This document shows, piece after piece, positions 1 through 8,927 of a DNA stretch of 15,719 nt; positions within the stretch are counted from its first letter, which is position 1; the number at the start of each line of letters is the position of its first letter. The notes under the pieces are model-generated. The model was not told where the DNA came from and did no database searches. It worked only from the letters and a program-made list of their open reading frames with translations. The DNA is from Candidatus Eiseniibacteriota bacterium (GTDB lineage Bacteria > Eisenbacteria > RBG-16-71-46), in NCBI GenBank assembly GCA_031366795.1, contig JANLOX010000347.1, positions 1-15,719 of the forward strand. The letters are read 5' to 3'. The position numbers and the translations under genes are program-made.

Positions 1-882
1 GATGGCCGGCTGCACCTCAGCGGCGTCTGCCAACTGGCACCACACCTTACGGCCGGCAATGTGGTCGAACTGTTGCGGGCGTCAACGCGCAAGACGAAGG
101 CGGAGATCGAACAGGTGCTTGCCGCCCGATTCCCGCGAACGGAAATGATGGAGCTGGTGCAGGTCATTCCGGCGGCCGGCGGAGCGCATCAGCAGCCCGC
201 CACGGCGCACATTGAAGTGCAGGGCGGAGGGCAATGATGCATTCACTCTTCCGTCCCCGCAACGACGAGTGCGAATGTGCCCCCCGCCACGATAACAACT
301 GGCGCAGCGATCCAGGGCGCCCAAGCACAATCCGCAGCAGCGCACCCGCAGCGGGTCTCGGCGGCACTCCCCGCTGAACGCGTGGTTCCCACATCCAAGG
401 TCGCCCCCATCGCGCAGGATCGCTACGCACTCCAAATCACCGTCGGGCAGGACACGTATGACCTGCTCCGCGAAGCGCGGGAGTTGCTCGGCCACCAAGT
501 GCCGAACGGAAACCTGGCGCAGGTGTTCCATCTGGCGCTCGAGTCGCTGGTGGGCACACTGGAGAAGCGCAAGTTCGCCGCGACGACGCGGCCTCAGGCT
601 GCGCCCCGCCCGAGCACCGCGCCGCGCACGATTCCGGCGCACGTGCGGCGCGCCGTGTGGGCACGCGACCGCGGCCAGTGCACGTTCACCAGCGACACGG
701 GGCGCCGCTGCACAGAGCGGACGCGCCTCGAGTTCGACCACGTCCTCGAAGTGGCGCGCGGTGGCACTGCGAGCGGCGAGGGCATCCGTCTTCGTTGCCG
801 GGTGCACAACCAGTACACGGCCGAGTGCACGTTCGGGGTGGACTTCATGGCGCGCAAGCGCGAGGAGGCTCGCGCGAGTTGA
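1..882 (+). pseudogene. HNH endonuclease-family gene, 5'-truncated by the window and interrupted by an in-frame TGA at 235-237 (C-terminal part is ORF 277..882)
   Basis: Frame +1 from base 1 reads DGRLHLSGVCQLAPHLTAGNVVELLRASTRKTKAEIEQVLAARFP...GGGQ*, then continues in the same frame to RTIPAHVRRAVWARDRGQC-x9-C...LEFDH...GG...IRLRCRVHNQY, a zinc-ribbon HNH signature. Confidence 0.75.
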
Positions 883-957
883 GTTCACTCAACACTAGTC
901 GTCCTGGGACGAGTTCTGTTGAGGCCACTCAACATTGCTCGTCGCAGGACGGACTCA
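878..957. repeat. Two tandem 40-bp imperfect repeats (878-917, 918-957), each with two short palindromes
   Basis: gttgagttcactcaacactagtcgtcctgggacgagttct vs gttgaggccactcaacattgctcgtcgcaggacggactca, 28/40 identical by hand. GTTGAG-N4-CTCAAC and CGTC-N4-GACG are kept in both copies. Confidence 0.75.
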
Positions 958-1027
958 CGAGTTTGACCCGAGCAAGGCTGCAGCCGCAGCGCAACGGGTG
1001 GAGACGCGCGGCCGCGGTGGAAGCGCA

Positions 1028-1072
1028 CGCCGCAGACGCGGCGCACACGCTCGAAGTGCGCGTAGTACTTCG
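1028..1072. terminator. Two short stem-loops just downstream of the operon's last stop codon; possible pause/terminator or mRNA-stabilising structure
   Basis: cgccgc-agac-gcggcg (1028-1043) and cgaagtgc-gcgta-gtacttcg (1052-1072, one G:U pair). No U-tract. Confidence 0.25.
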
Positions 1073-1079
1073 TTGCGGA

Positions 1080-4000
1080 CTACCGTTTCCGCTGCTTCGC
1101 TTTGTCCTTGCTGGAATCGAGCGTCATCATCGCCACGGTCACCACCCGATTCGGCACCTGCGTGATCCGAACGCCTGTTTCCGCGGAGCCGACGGTGCGC
1201 GTCCCACTCGCACTCTCGAACCTGACGCCGCGCACACCCTTGGTCACGGGCATCGTCACGATGATCCCCCCCGGCGGCACCTTGATGCCGTTGCCGATCA
1301 CGACCTCAACGCTGTCCCCACTCCCCTTCATCGTATAGCTCAACGGCCCATACGGCGTGGGCAGGTCCTTCACCTCGATGCCGTCGCCCGCGATCCACGA
1401 CTTCTGCACACCGGCGCCGATCACCAGCGCGTCGTCGGACTCGCGGGTGTAGGCGAGCATGTCGAGCACGGAGCGCACGTAGTCGGAGCCGACCCAGGTG
1501 TGGGGCAGGTCGCCGATGAAGTGCGGGGTGCGCGGCTCACGCCACACCACCTCGGGCCACTGGTGCCAGCCCTCGGGGCGCTGGCCCTTCAAGAAGTACT
1601 CGAGCAGCTCGCCGGCGCGCTCGCGCCAGCCCAGGCGCACGAAGGCACCAACGGTGCGCAACTCATACGGCGTATATGCCTCCCAGTCTTGCTTGCCGTC
1701 GCGGCGTTGGATGAAGTTCTCCCAGTACTTCTCGAACGTGCGCTCGAGTGCGGCCTTCGGCAGCACGTCGCCGGCTTGAACGGGATTCAGCGCGATCGTC
1801 GTGGAGGTCGCGTCGAAATCGCCGAGATCGGCGCAGCCGGGGATGTAGTCGATGGAGTGCGCGGCCATCGCGGCGCGCACCGAGGCGCCGAGGTCCTTGC
1901 TGAACTCCGCCAGGCTCTTCGCAATCTGCACGCCTTCGCTCTTGAGACCCAACTCGCGCGCGAGGTACACGGCGTCCTTGTAACCTCGCAGCGCGAACAA
2001 GTCGTCCCAGTACGAGTGCATCGGCTTGGCCGAGTAGCCCTCATGGCTGATCGAGGGCGGCAGCAGGCCGAAGTACTCGGCGTTCGCGGGCGTCTGCCAT
2101 TCCACAGTGCGGCGCTGGGCGCGCAACGTATCCATGTAGGCGACAGCACTCGCCACATGTGGCCACATGCGCTTCACCAGTGCCAAGTCGTGCGTGTAGC
2201 GGAAGTACTCGGCCACCAAATAGATGAATTCGCCGTGGCTGTCATGCTCCGGCACCGGATCCGAGCCGCGTTGGTCGACGCAGCACGGCACCTTGCCGTC
2301 GGCGTACTGGTAGGGCGCGAACCATTCGATGAATTCGCGCACGGTCTCGGCCTGGCCGAGCCGCAGCAGCGCTGACGAGGTCAGCGCGCCGTCGCGGATC
2401 CACGAGCGCTCGTAGGCGCGCGAGCCGGGTTGGATGGCGGCGCCGTCGCGGTTGACGAGGATGTAGCCCAGCTGCGGCCAGATCGAAGCGGTCGCGGCGT
2501 TGAACGGCGCGCGCAGTTCCATCGGGGCTGTCCCGTCCCCCGTCGCGGCGCGTATCACGATCCCGCTCTTCAAGCCCTCCCAGCCGTTGCGCACGGACTC
2601 CAGCGCCGCGTCCACCGCGCGCTCGCTGGCGCCCGCCCCCAATGCCGTGGGCGCTTCGCTCAGCGGCACCACCACGCTGATTGTGGTGTCCGCTCCGGGT
2701 GCCAACGCCAGCGTCCAACTCAGCGCCGCGGCGGCGGTCCCCTGCAGGTCCTTAACGCGTGCCGCGCGCGGCAGCTTGCCCACACGCAGCGACTCGACGA
2801 TGTCGCCCGCATCCAGCGTGGTCGCCCCAAACGCATTGGGCGGCGTGACACACGCGACGCCATACGCGTCGTCGATCCGCACCACTCCGGCATTGCTCGC
2901 AATCTCATGGATAGGCGCGACACCGCCCTGCGTATTCAAGAACTGGGCGGGCGGATTGACCTGGAACGGACGCACCGCGAGGAACAATGTCGCGTTGACC
3001 GCTCGCGCCTGCGGGTTGTGCATACGGTAACGCGCGATCATTCGGGCCGCACGCCCCGCGACTCCGCGTGCCGCAGGCGGCAGGGCGGCCGAATCGGGAA
3101 TCGCGAATGCCAGCACAGACAAGTCCAGCGGCCCGCCCTTCCAGTCCACGCGCGGCAGCGGCCATTCGCCCTCGCCGTCCAGGTGCTGCTCCGCGTGCAC
3201 GTCCGCCCAAGTCGTGAGTTGCCCGTCAGCGTAAAGGAACGGCTCCAGCGTGCCGCGGCGCTTGCCCATTTCCAGCGCGCCGTCCTCGCCGAGCAGGCCC
3301 TCGTTGCGGTCGCCGCCGCGATCGCCGACCACGGTCCAGAACGCTTCCTGGCCGCCGATGCTGCGCGGGAAGCTGCCGCGCGGCGCTTGCTTCGCGAGCT
3401 CGGCGAAATACTTCTCGGGCGTGTCTCCCCACTCGAGCGGCATCAACGCCAGCTCGCGCAACTCGACGCTACCAAATTCGAGCACACGCAAGCGCAGCCA
3501 GCGTCCCTCGCAGTCCGGCAGCCGCAACGCGTCGCGCCCGCCCGTGCCGTTCACAACTGTGTATCGCGGGGTCCATGTGGCCCGATCGAGCGACGTCTCG
3601 ATCACGTAGTTGCGCGCCTGCCGCCCGGGCGCCCAGTCGAGCACCACGCCGCCGAACTCACGCTCGGTCTGGAGGTCCAGCTCGAGGTAGGGGCGCTTGT
3701 CCTTCGGCGAACTCGCCCACGACGTTTTTGGATTACCATCGACGGCCAGCATGGGCGCGTGACCGGCGCGCTCGGACGTCGCCACCGCCCGGATCACCGG
3801 GGGTGGCACGGGCTCGGGCGCCAGCGGCGTGAGCTCCAGGTCATCGAGCCACACGGTGCCCGCACCGCCGCTACCTGCCGTGATCGCGAACTCGAGTGCC
3901 GCGACATGGTGCAGCGTGCCGCCGCCCGCAGGCCCCCACGCGAAAGAGATGTGGCGGCTCTTGATCGTCTGCGGCTGCCAGGTGCTCGGGAATTCGACAT

Positions 4001-4388
4001 CGCGCTGGTTGCACCACCACACGTTGGCGCCCGTCGAGTCGATGAGCTTCAGCTCGAGATTGTTGGGGCGGCACTCGCCCTTCATGCGGAAGGTGAAGCG
4101 GTAGCGGTCGGTCAGCTCGAACGCCAAGTCGCGGTGCAGCACCGCGTACCCGCCACCCTTGACGAACTTGAAGTCGATCCTCAGGGCCTTGCCCGTAACC
4201 CCTTGGTCTGTCGATAGTTTCATTTCGACGCCATCCGCCGGGATGGCCTTCCAGGGAACGGCCGTCTCGAAGCCGTCGAGCAGCTGCTTCGACGGCAGCT
4301 CATCGGCGCATGCAACGCCCCCAACCCACGTACCGCACATCAGCAAGAACACACCCGTGGCTCGCGAAGCAGCGGCTCGTAGCATCAT
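1080..4388 (-). CDS. Exported discoidin (F5/8 type C, CBM32-like) domain protein with an N-terminal CBM-like beta-sandwich and a C-terminal six-hairpin (alpha/alpha)6 glycosidase-like domain
   Basis: 1102-aa ORF with signal peptide (...GGVACA). Discoidin motifs AVDGNPKTSWAS...LELDL...GRWLRLRV; barrel motif QPGSRAYERSWIRDG plus PEHDSHGE and HSYWDD. ATGA overlap with the upstream permease. Confidence 0.85.
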   Translation of the reverse strand: MMLRAAASRATGVFLLMCGTWVGGVACADELPSKQLLDGFETAVPWKAIPADGVEMKLSTDQGVTGKALRIDFKFVKGGGYAVLHRDLAFELTDRYRFTFRMKGECRPNNLELKLIDSTGANVWWCNQRDVEFPSTWQPQTIKSRHISFAWGPAGGGTLHHVAALEFAITAGSGGAGTVWLDDLELTPLAPEPVPPPVIRAVATSERAGHAPMLAVDGNPKTSWASSPKDKRPYLELDLQTEREFGGVVLDWAPGRQARNYVIETSLDRATWTPRYTVVNGTGGRDALRLPDCEGRWLRLRVLEFGSVELRELALMPLEWGDTPEKYFAELAKQAPRGSFPRSIGGQEAFWTVVGDRGGDRNEGLLGEDGALEMGKRRGTLEPFLYADGQLTTWADVHAEQHLDGEGEWPLPRVDWKGGPLDLSVLAFAIPDSAALPPAARGVAGRAARMIARYRMHNPQARAVNATLFLAVRPFQVNPPAQFLNTQGGVAPIHEIASNAGVVRIDDAYGVACVTPPNAFGATTLDAGDIVESLRVGKLPRAARVKDLQGTAAAALSWTLALAPGADTTISVVVPLSEAPTALGAGASERAVDAALESVRNGWEGLKSGIVIRAATGDGTAPMELRAPFNAATASIWPQLGYILVNRDGAAIQPGSRAYERSWIRDGALTSSALLRLGQAETVREFIEWFAPYQYADGKVPCCVDQRGSDPVPEHDSHGEFIYLVAEYFRYTHDLALVKRMWPHVASAVAYMDTLRAQRRTVEWQTPANAEYFGLLPPSISHEGYSAKPMHSYWDDLFALRGYKDAVYLARELGLKSEGVQIAKSLAEFSKDLGASVRAAMAAHSIDYIPGCADLGDFDATSTTIALNPVQAGDVLPKAALERTFEKYWENFIQRRDGKQDWEAYTPYELRTVGAFVRLGWRERAGELLEYFLKGQRPEGWHQWPEVVWREPRTPHFIGDLPHTWVGSDYVRSVLDMLAYTRESDDALVIGAGVQKSWIAGDGIEVKDLPTPYGPLSYTMKGSGDSVEVVIGNGIKVPPGGIIVTMPVTKGVRGVRFESASGTRTVGSAETGVRITQVPNRVVTVAMMTLDSSKDKAKQRKR

Positions 4389-5206
4389 CCCTTGACGCTC
4401 CCCATCATGACGCCGCGCAGGTAGGCGCGTTGCAGAAGTAAGAACACCGCCATCACCGGCAGCACGGTCAGCACGGAACCCGCCATCATCAACTCGGTGT
4501 CCTGCACGTGTTCGCCGGCAAGGCTCGCGAGTGCGACCGGCAGCGTGTAACGCGACTCATCGCTCAGGATGATCAGCGGCCAGAGGAAGTCGTTCCATGC
4601 GCTGAGGAAGGTGAACACCGCGAGGGTCGCGAGAATGGGTTTCAGCACCGGCAACACGATGGTGGTGAAGATGCGCACTTCGCTGGCGCCGTCGACGCGT
4701 GCCGCGTCGAGCAGTTCATCGGGGATCCCCAGCGCGTACTGGCGCACCATGAAGATGCCGAAGATCGTCGCCATGAACGGCACGATCACGCCCGCCATGG
4801 TGTTGACGAGCCCCAGCGACTTGAGCAGCAGGAACAGCGGCAACATCGACACCTGCCCGGGAATCACCAGCGCCATCATCAGGATCTGGAACGCCCGCTC
4901 GCGGCCGCGAAACTGCAACTTGGCGAAGGCATAGCCCGCCATCGAATTGGTGATCAACGAGAGCAGTGTCGCGAGGATCGACACGAACAGGCTGTTGCCC
5001 AGCGCGCGCGCCAGGTTCATGCGCGTGAACAGCGCGGTGTAGTGCTCGAGCGTCGGGTGCGTGGGCCACAGCGGCGGCGGGTAGTTGTTGGCCTGTCCGC
5101 TCGGCATGAGCGAGGCCGACAACATCCATGCCAGCGGCGCCAGCGTCAGCAGCGCGAGGACGCCCAAGGCAACATTCAGCACGATCGCAGGCAGTGTGCG
5201 GCGCAT
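4385..5206 (-). CDS. Carbohydrate ABC transporter permease (MalG-like, CUT1)
   Basis: True start is the ATG at 5206 (MRRTLPAIVLN..., TGATG overlap, 273 aa). Motifs AGYAFAKLQFRGR, EAA-like loop IPDELLDAARVDGAS and WNDFLWPLI. Confidence 0.95.
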   Translation of the reverse strand: MRRTLPAIVLNVALGVLALLTLAPLAWMLSASLMPSGQANNYPPPLWPTHPTLEHYTALFTRMNLARALGNSLFVSILATLLSLITNSMAGYAFAKLQFRGRERAFQILMMALVIPGQVSMLPLFLLLKSLGLVNTMAGVIVPFMATIFGIFMVRQYALGIPDELLDAARVDGASEVRIFTTIVLPVLKPILATLAVFTFLSAWNDFLWPLIILSDESRYTLPVALASLAGEHVQDTELMMAGSVLTVLPVMAVFLLLQRAYLRGVMMGSVKG

Positions 5207-6096
5207 CAGCGCGTCACTTTCTGCACGCGCACCTGGATGGCGGTGCCGAGCAGCATGATGATGAACAACAGGAAGGCGATGGCCGAGGCCAGCCCCATGC
5301 GCCACCAGCGGAAGCCCTGCTCGTACATCAGCATCACAATCGTCGTGGTCGCCCCCAGCGGGCCGCCCTGCGTCATCACGTAGGGCTCCGAGAACAGCTG
5401 GAAGTTGCCGAGCATCGTCATCACGCCCACGAACAGCAGCGTGGGCCCCAGCTGCGGCACGGTGACATGCACGAAGCGCGACCACGCTCCCGCGCCATCG
5501 AGCGCGGCGGCTTCGTAGAGTTCGTCGGGGATGCTCTGCAGTCCGGCAACGAAGATCAGCATGTTGTAGCCGAAGTTCTTCCATACCGCCATCACCACGA
5601 TGGCGAACATCGCCCAGTGCGGATTGCCCAACCAATCGACCGGCGCCACGCCGATGCCGCCCAACATCCAGTTGAGCAGGCCGTACTGCGTGTGGAACAG
5701 GTAGCGCCACACGATCGCCACGGCCACCAGCGTGGTGACGACCGGCAGGAAGAACACCGAGCGGTAGATGCCCGGCATGCGGGCGAGCTTGGAGGTCACC
5801 ATGAGTGCGGCGACCAGCGAGGTGATCACCGACAGCGGCCCGCCAATTCCGACGAACACCAGCGTGTTCCACAGCGCCTTCAGGAACATCGGGTCGGAAA
5901 GCGCCTGGCGGTAGTTCGCCAGCCCCACCAACCGCGCCGTCTCGGGGCGGCCGATGGCATAGATATCGAAGTCGGTGAAGCTCAAGAACAAGCCGCCAAA
6001 CACGGGAACAAAATAGAACAGGGCGATCAACAGCAGCGCTGGCCCGGCGAACCACCAGCCGGCGCGATGCTGGCGCGCGCGCAGGATGCGGTTCAT
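5206..6096 (-). CDS. Carbohydrate ABC transporter permease (MalF/LacF-like, CUT1)
   Basis: 296 aa with multiple hydrophobic helices. Motifs VGLANY, FFLPVV and EAA loop LQSIPDELYEAAALDGAG. ATGA overlap with the binding-protein gene. Confidence 0.95.
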   Translation of the reverse strand: MNRILRARQHRAGWWFAGPALLLIALFYFVPVFGGLFLSFTDFDIYAIGRPETARLVGLANYRQALSDPMFLKALWNTLVFVGIGGPLSVITSLVAALMVTSKLARMPGIYRSVFFLPVVTTLVAVAIVWRYLFHTQYGLLNWMLGGIGVAPVDWLGNPHWAMFAIVVMAVWKNFGYNMLIFVAGLQSIPDELYEAAALDGAGAWSRFVHVTVPQLGPTLLFVGVMTMLGNFQLFSEPYVMTQGGPLGATTTIVMLMYEQGFRWWRMGLASAIAFLLFIIMLLGTAIQVRVQKVTR

Positions 6097-7406
6097 GGCT
6101 TCACCCCCACCACGGCGGCGCGCGCGAGTTCACGCCCGACGAGCCAGCGGCGCTTCTCGAGGATGCGGTCGACGGCGACATCCAGTGCGCGCAGCGTCGA
6201 ATCGGGGTCCGCCCCGGCGAGCCAGATCGCCGGGATCGCATGGTCACGCAATTGCACCGCGATCTCCTCCCACTCCGGAATGTTCGGTGTCGCCGCCGTG
6301 CGCTGCAACTGCGTGCCGAACGCCACCATGTGCGGATCGTTCGTCAGCGCCGTGTCGCGCCACGCCTCGCGCCGCGCCGGCAGGTCGCCGGTGAGCCGGA
6401 AAAAGCGCACCTGCTGCTCGGGACGCGACAGGAACTCGACCAACTGCCACGCCTCAGCCGGGTGCTTCGAGCTGCGGAACACCACCAGGCTCGAGCCGCC
6501 CGCGGTCGACAGTCCGCTCGCGGGGCCATCAGGACCCGGCAGCGGCGCCACGTCCCACGAGGACTGCATCGCGGGCGACAGGCGATTGCGGAACTCGCCG
6601 AGCTGCCAGGGACCGGTGATGTACATGGCGAAGGTGCCGCGCTCGAACTCCTGGTAGACGTTGCCAATGGCGTTGCCGTCCATCACGGGGGCCAGTTTGC
6701 GCGTGAGGATCTCGCGATAGAAATCGACGGCGCGCTTGTAGTCGGGGCCGCTGAAATCACCGCGCGTGTCATGCTCCTTGAGCATGCGCGCGTGCGCCTG
6801 CATCCCGAACACGATCCATGGCGTGTACTCGTTGGTCGGCAGGAAGATGGCAGTCCGCGCACCCGCGCGCTTCACGTCCTCCATGCAGCGAAGCCAGTCC
6901 GTCCAGTTGTCGGGGAACGTCTTCCAGCCGGCCTTGAGCAGCAGGTCGCGGCGGTAGAACATCAGCCGCGTGTCCACGTACCACGGAATGCCGTAGAGCG
7001 TGCTATCGACCACGTTGGTGTCCCAGATCCCCGGGAAGTAATGCGCCGCGGTCACCGCGGTGTCGGCTGCGATGCGCGCATCCAGCGGCTCGATCGCGCG
7101 GAGTGCCGCGAACTCGGGGATCCACGTGTTGCCGAGCTGGCCGAGATCGGGCGTCGATCCGCCCACGTGCGCGGTGAGCAGCTTCTCGTGCGCCGCACTC
7201 CACGGCAGCTGCTGCACGATCACGTGGATGCCTGGGTGCTCGTGCTCGAAATCGGTGACCAACTCCTGGACGACCTCGCCCTCGCGCCCCATCGCCCAGA
7301 AGCGCAGGGTCACCTCATGCGAAGCGGACCCACCGCAACCGGCAAGCAGCGCCAGCGCCAGCACGACCACGGCACCAGCACCCGCAGCCCGCGTGCGAAC
7401 CCTCAC
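6093..7406 (-). CDS. Sugar ABC transporter substrate-binding lipoprotein (family 1)
   Basis: Likely GTG start at 7406 (GTGA overlap with the upstream stop, GGAGG just upstream, 437 aa). Lipobox LAGC; motifs PDLGQLGNTW, LYGIPWYVDTRLMFYRRDLL, FERGTFAMYITGPW. Confidence 0.93.
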   Translation of the reverse strand: MRVRTRAAGAGAVVVLALALLAGCGGSASHEVTLRFWAMGREGEVVQELVTDFEHEHPGIHVIVQQLPWSAAHEKLLTAHVGGSTPDLGQLGNTWIPEFAALRAIEPLDARIAADTAVTAAHYFPGIWDTNVVDSTLYGIPWYVDTRLMFYRRDLLLKAGWKTFPDNWTDWLRCMEDVKRAGARTAIFLPTNEYTPWIVFGMQAHARMLKEHDTRGDFSGPDYKRAVDFYREILTRKLAPVMDGNAIGNVYQEFERGTFAMYITGPWQLGEFRNRLSPAMQSSWDVAPLPGPDGPASGLSTAGGSSLVVFRSSKHPAEAWQLVEFLSRPEQQVRFFRLTGDLPARREAWRDTALTNDPHMVAFGTQLQRTAATPNIPEWEEIAVQLRDHAIPAIWLAGADPDSTLRALDVAVDRILEKRRWLVGRELARAAVVGVKP

Positions 7407-8896
7407 CGCGCCTCCGGCTTGGCGTCCAGCCAACCGCCCGTGAAGCCAGCGCGCTTGAGCCCGAGCACCACGTGCCGATTGCCGCGCATCACGCGCCATA
7501 CGAGCCCGCTGCGCGCGTTCTCAATCATGGCGATGATCGGACCCTGGTCGATGCCGAGCTGGTCCGAGTCGAACCAGCCCTTGCCGGGAACCACCCTGCC
7601 CTGGGGCGTCCGCGTCGTGTCGTTGAGCGTGGGATTCAGCGCGTCGACGAAGCCGTAGTGGTTGAACACGTCCGCGCCATAGTCGTCGCGCATCGCCATC
7701 AGCACCGGCATCACGACTTCGGGTGCGAAGGCGATCGACCCCGCCGCCGCGGTGGGCGCCACGGTACCGTCGTCATTGACCCCGCGCGATGCCGCGCCGC
7801 GCGCGTCGTAGGTGTGGAACTCGCGCGCGACGCCGCCCAGCTTGAGCTTCGCGTCGATCGGGCCATCGCACGCGCTCAAGCCCCACAGCCGCTCACCGTA
7901 GCCGCGGAAATGGGACGGGTTCTCGATCGCATAAGCGCGTTGCGCGAGCGTGGCACGGCGCGAGTTTTCGAACCAGTCGATGCCATGCGCGCGCATCAGG
8001 CTGTCCTGGACGCCCCGCAGGTCCAGCCACACGTGCGAATACTGGTGCCCGAACAACGGCGGGAAGCCGACGTGGTCGTAACCTCTGTAGCTGTCCCAGC
8101 GGCAACCCGACGCCCACTTCGACCACACCTCGCGGGACACCGGATGCGTGGGCGAGGCCAGCGCCATGATCGGCACCAGCATGGACTCGTTGTAGCCACC
8201 CCAGTCGTAGGGCAGGAACCCTTTCTCGGGGTCCCAGCCATGCGAGATCAAGTTGGGGCGCACCATCGCCCAGTTCCAGTCGGCGCGCGCGTACAGCGAA
8301 TCCGCGAGGCCGCGGATGGCCGCCTCATCGGGATGCGCGGCATCGAAGTAGGACTGGCAGAACAGCGCCCCGGCGAGCAGCAGCGCGGTGTCGATCGTCG
8401 ACAGCTCAACCTTGTCGAAGCGCGCGCCGCTGTCGAGATCGAGGAAGTGGTAGTAGAACCCGCGATAGCCCGTCGCTCCCTGCCCCGCCGTGTCCTGCCG
8501 CGCGGTCCAGAAGAATCGTAGCGTCTTGAGCACACGCGCACGTGCATCGGCCCTGCTGACCCAGCCGCGCTCCACTCCGATCGGGTAGGCCGTCAGCGCG
8601 AAGCCCGTCGCCGAGACGCTGGCGAATGAACGCGTCGGAGCGCGATCGGGCGTGATACCCGTGGCGGGATCGCTCAGGTCCCAGAACCACTGGAAGGTCC
8701 TGTGTTCGAGCGTGTCGAGAAACGCTTCCTGTGCCGCCGTCGGATGGAATCCTTCGGACGGCTTCGCGGCATTCGCGACAGCCGCCGGGTGCGTCGTGCT
8801 CGCCGCGCATGCGGGGAGCGTCATGAGCGCCACCGCAGCTACGATAATCCCGAACATCATGGGCAATGAGCGAAAGCGCAGTCCCTTGGGCGTCAT
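7403..8896 (-). CDS. PF10091 'glucoamylase-family' glycoside hydrolase (GH144-like, probable endo-beta-1,2-glucanase), predicted lipoprotein
   Basis: Motifs GFYYHFLD, ELSTIDTALLLAG, WGGYNES, PLFGHQYSHVWLD, WGLSACDGP, DDGTVAPTA, LGIDQGP. Lipobox-like LPAC. Start chosen at ATG 8896 (AGGAG upstream); 8923/8926 are alternatives. Confidence 0.88.
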   Translation of the reverse strand: MTPKGLRFRSLPMMFGIIVAAVALMTLPACAASTTHPAAVANAAKPSEGFHPTAAQEAFLDTLEHRTFQWFWDLSDPATGITPDRAPTRSFASVSATGFALTAYPIGVERGWVSRADARARVLKTLRFFWTARQDTAGQGATGYRGFYYHFLDLDSGARFDKVELSTIDTALLLAGALFCQSYFDAAHPDEAAIRGLADSLYARADWNWAMVRPNLISHGWDPEKGFLPYDWGGYNESMLVPIMALASPTHPVSREVWSKWASGCRWDSYRGYDHVGFPPLFGHQYSHVWLDLRGVQDSLMRAHGIDWFENSRRATLAQRAYAIENPSHFRGYGERLWGLSACDGPIDAKLKLGGVAREFHTYDARGAASRGVNDDGTVAPTAAAGSIAFAPEVVMPVLMAMRDDYGADVFNHYGFVDALNPTLNDTTRTPQGRVVPGKGWFDSDQLGIDQGPIIAMIENARSGLVWRVMRGNRHVVLGLKRAGFTGGWLDAKPEAR

Positions 8897-8927
8897 GCGG
8901 CTCCTGCGTGGGGGTAGGTGCATCACA

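Noticed and set aside
235..240. TGA-TGC as selenocysteine or a recoded TGA
   Set aside because: It falls in a low-complexity linker with no redox motif or evident SECIS, and TGA is used as a normal stop by most genes here.
277..882. IscB/Cas9-like RNA-guided nuclease
   Set aside because: No RuvC motifs are visible and the HNH domain is C-terminal and stand-alone.
878..957. CRISPR array
   Set aside because: Only two divergent abutting units, no unique spacers and no cas genes in the window.
5207..6055. N-terminal half of the 556-aa ORF as a permease fusion
   Set aside because: It is an alternative frame over the 296-aa permease; the real gene starts at 5206.
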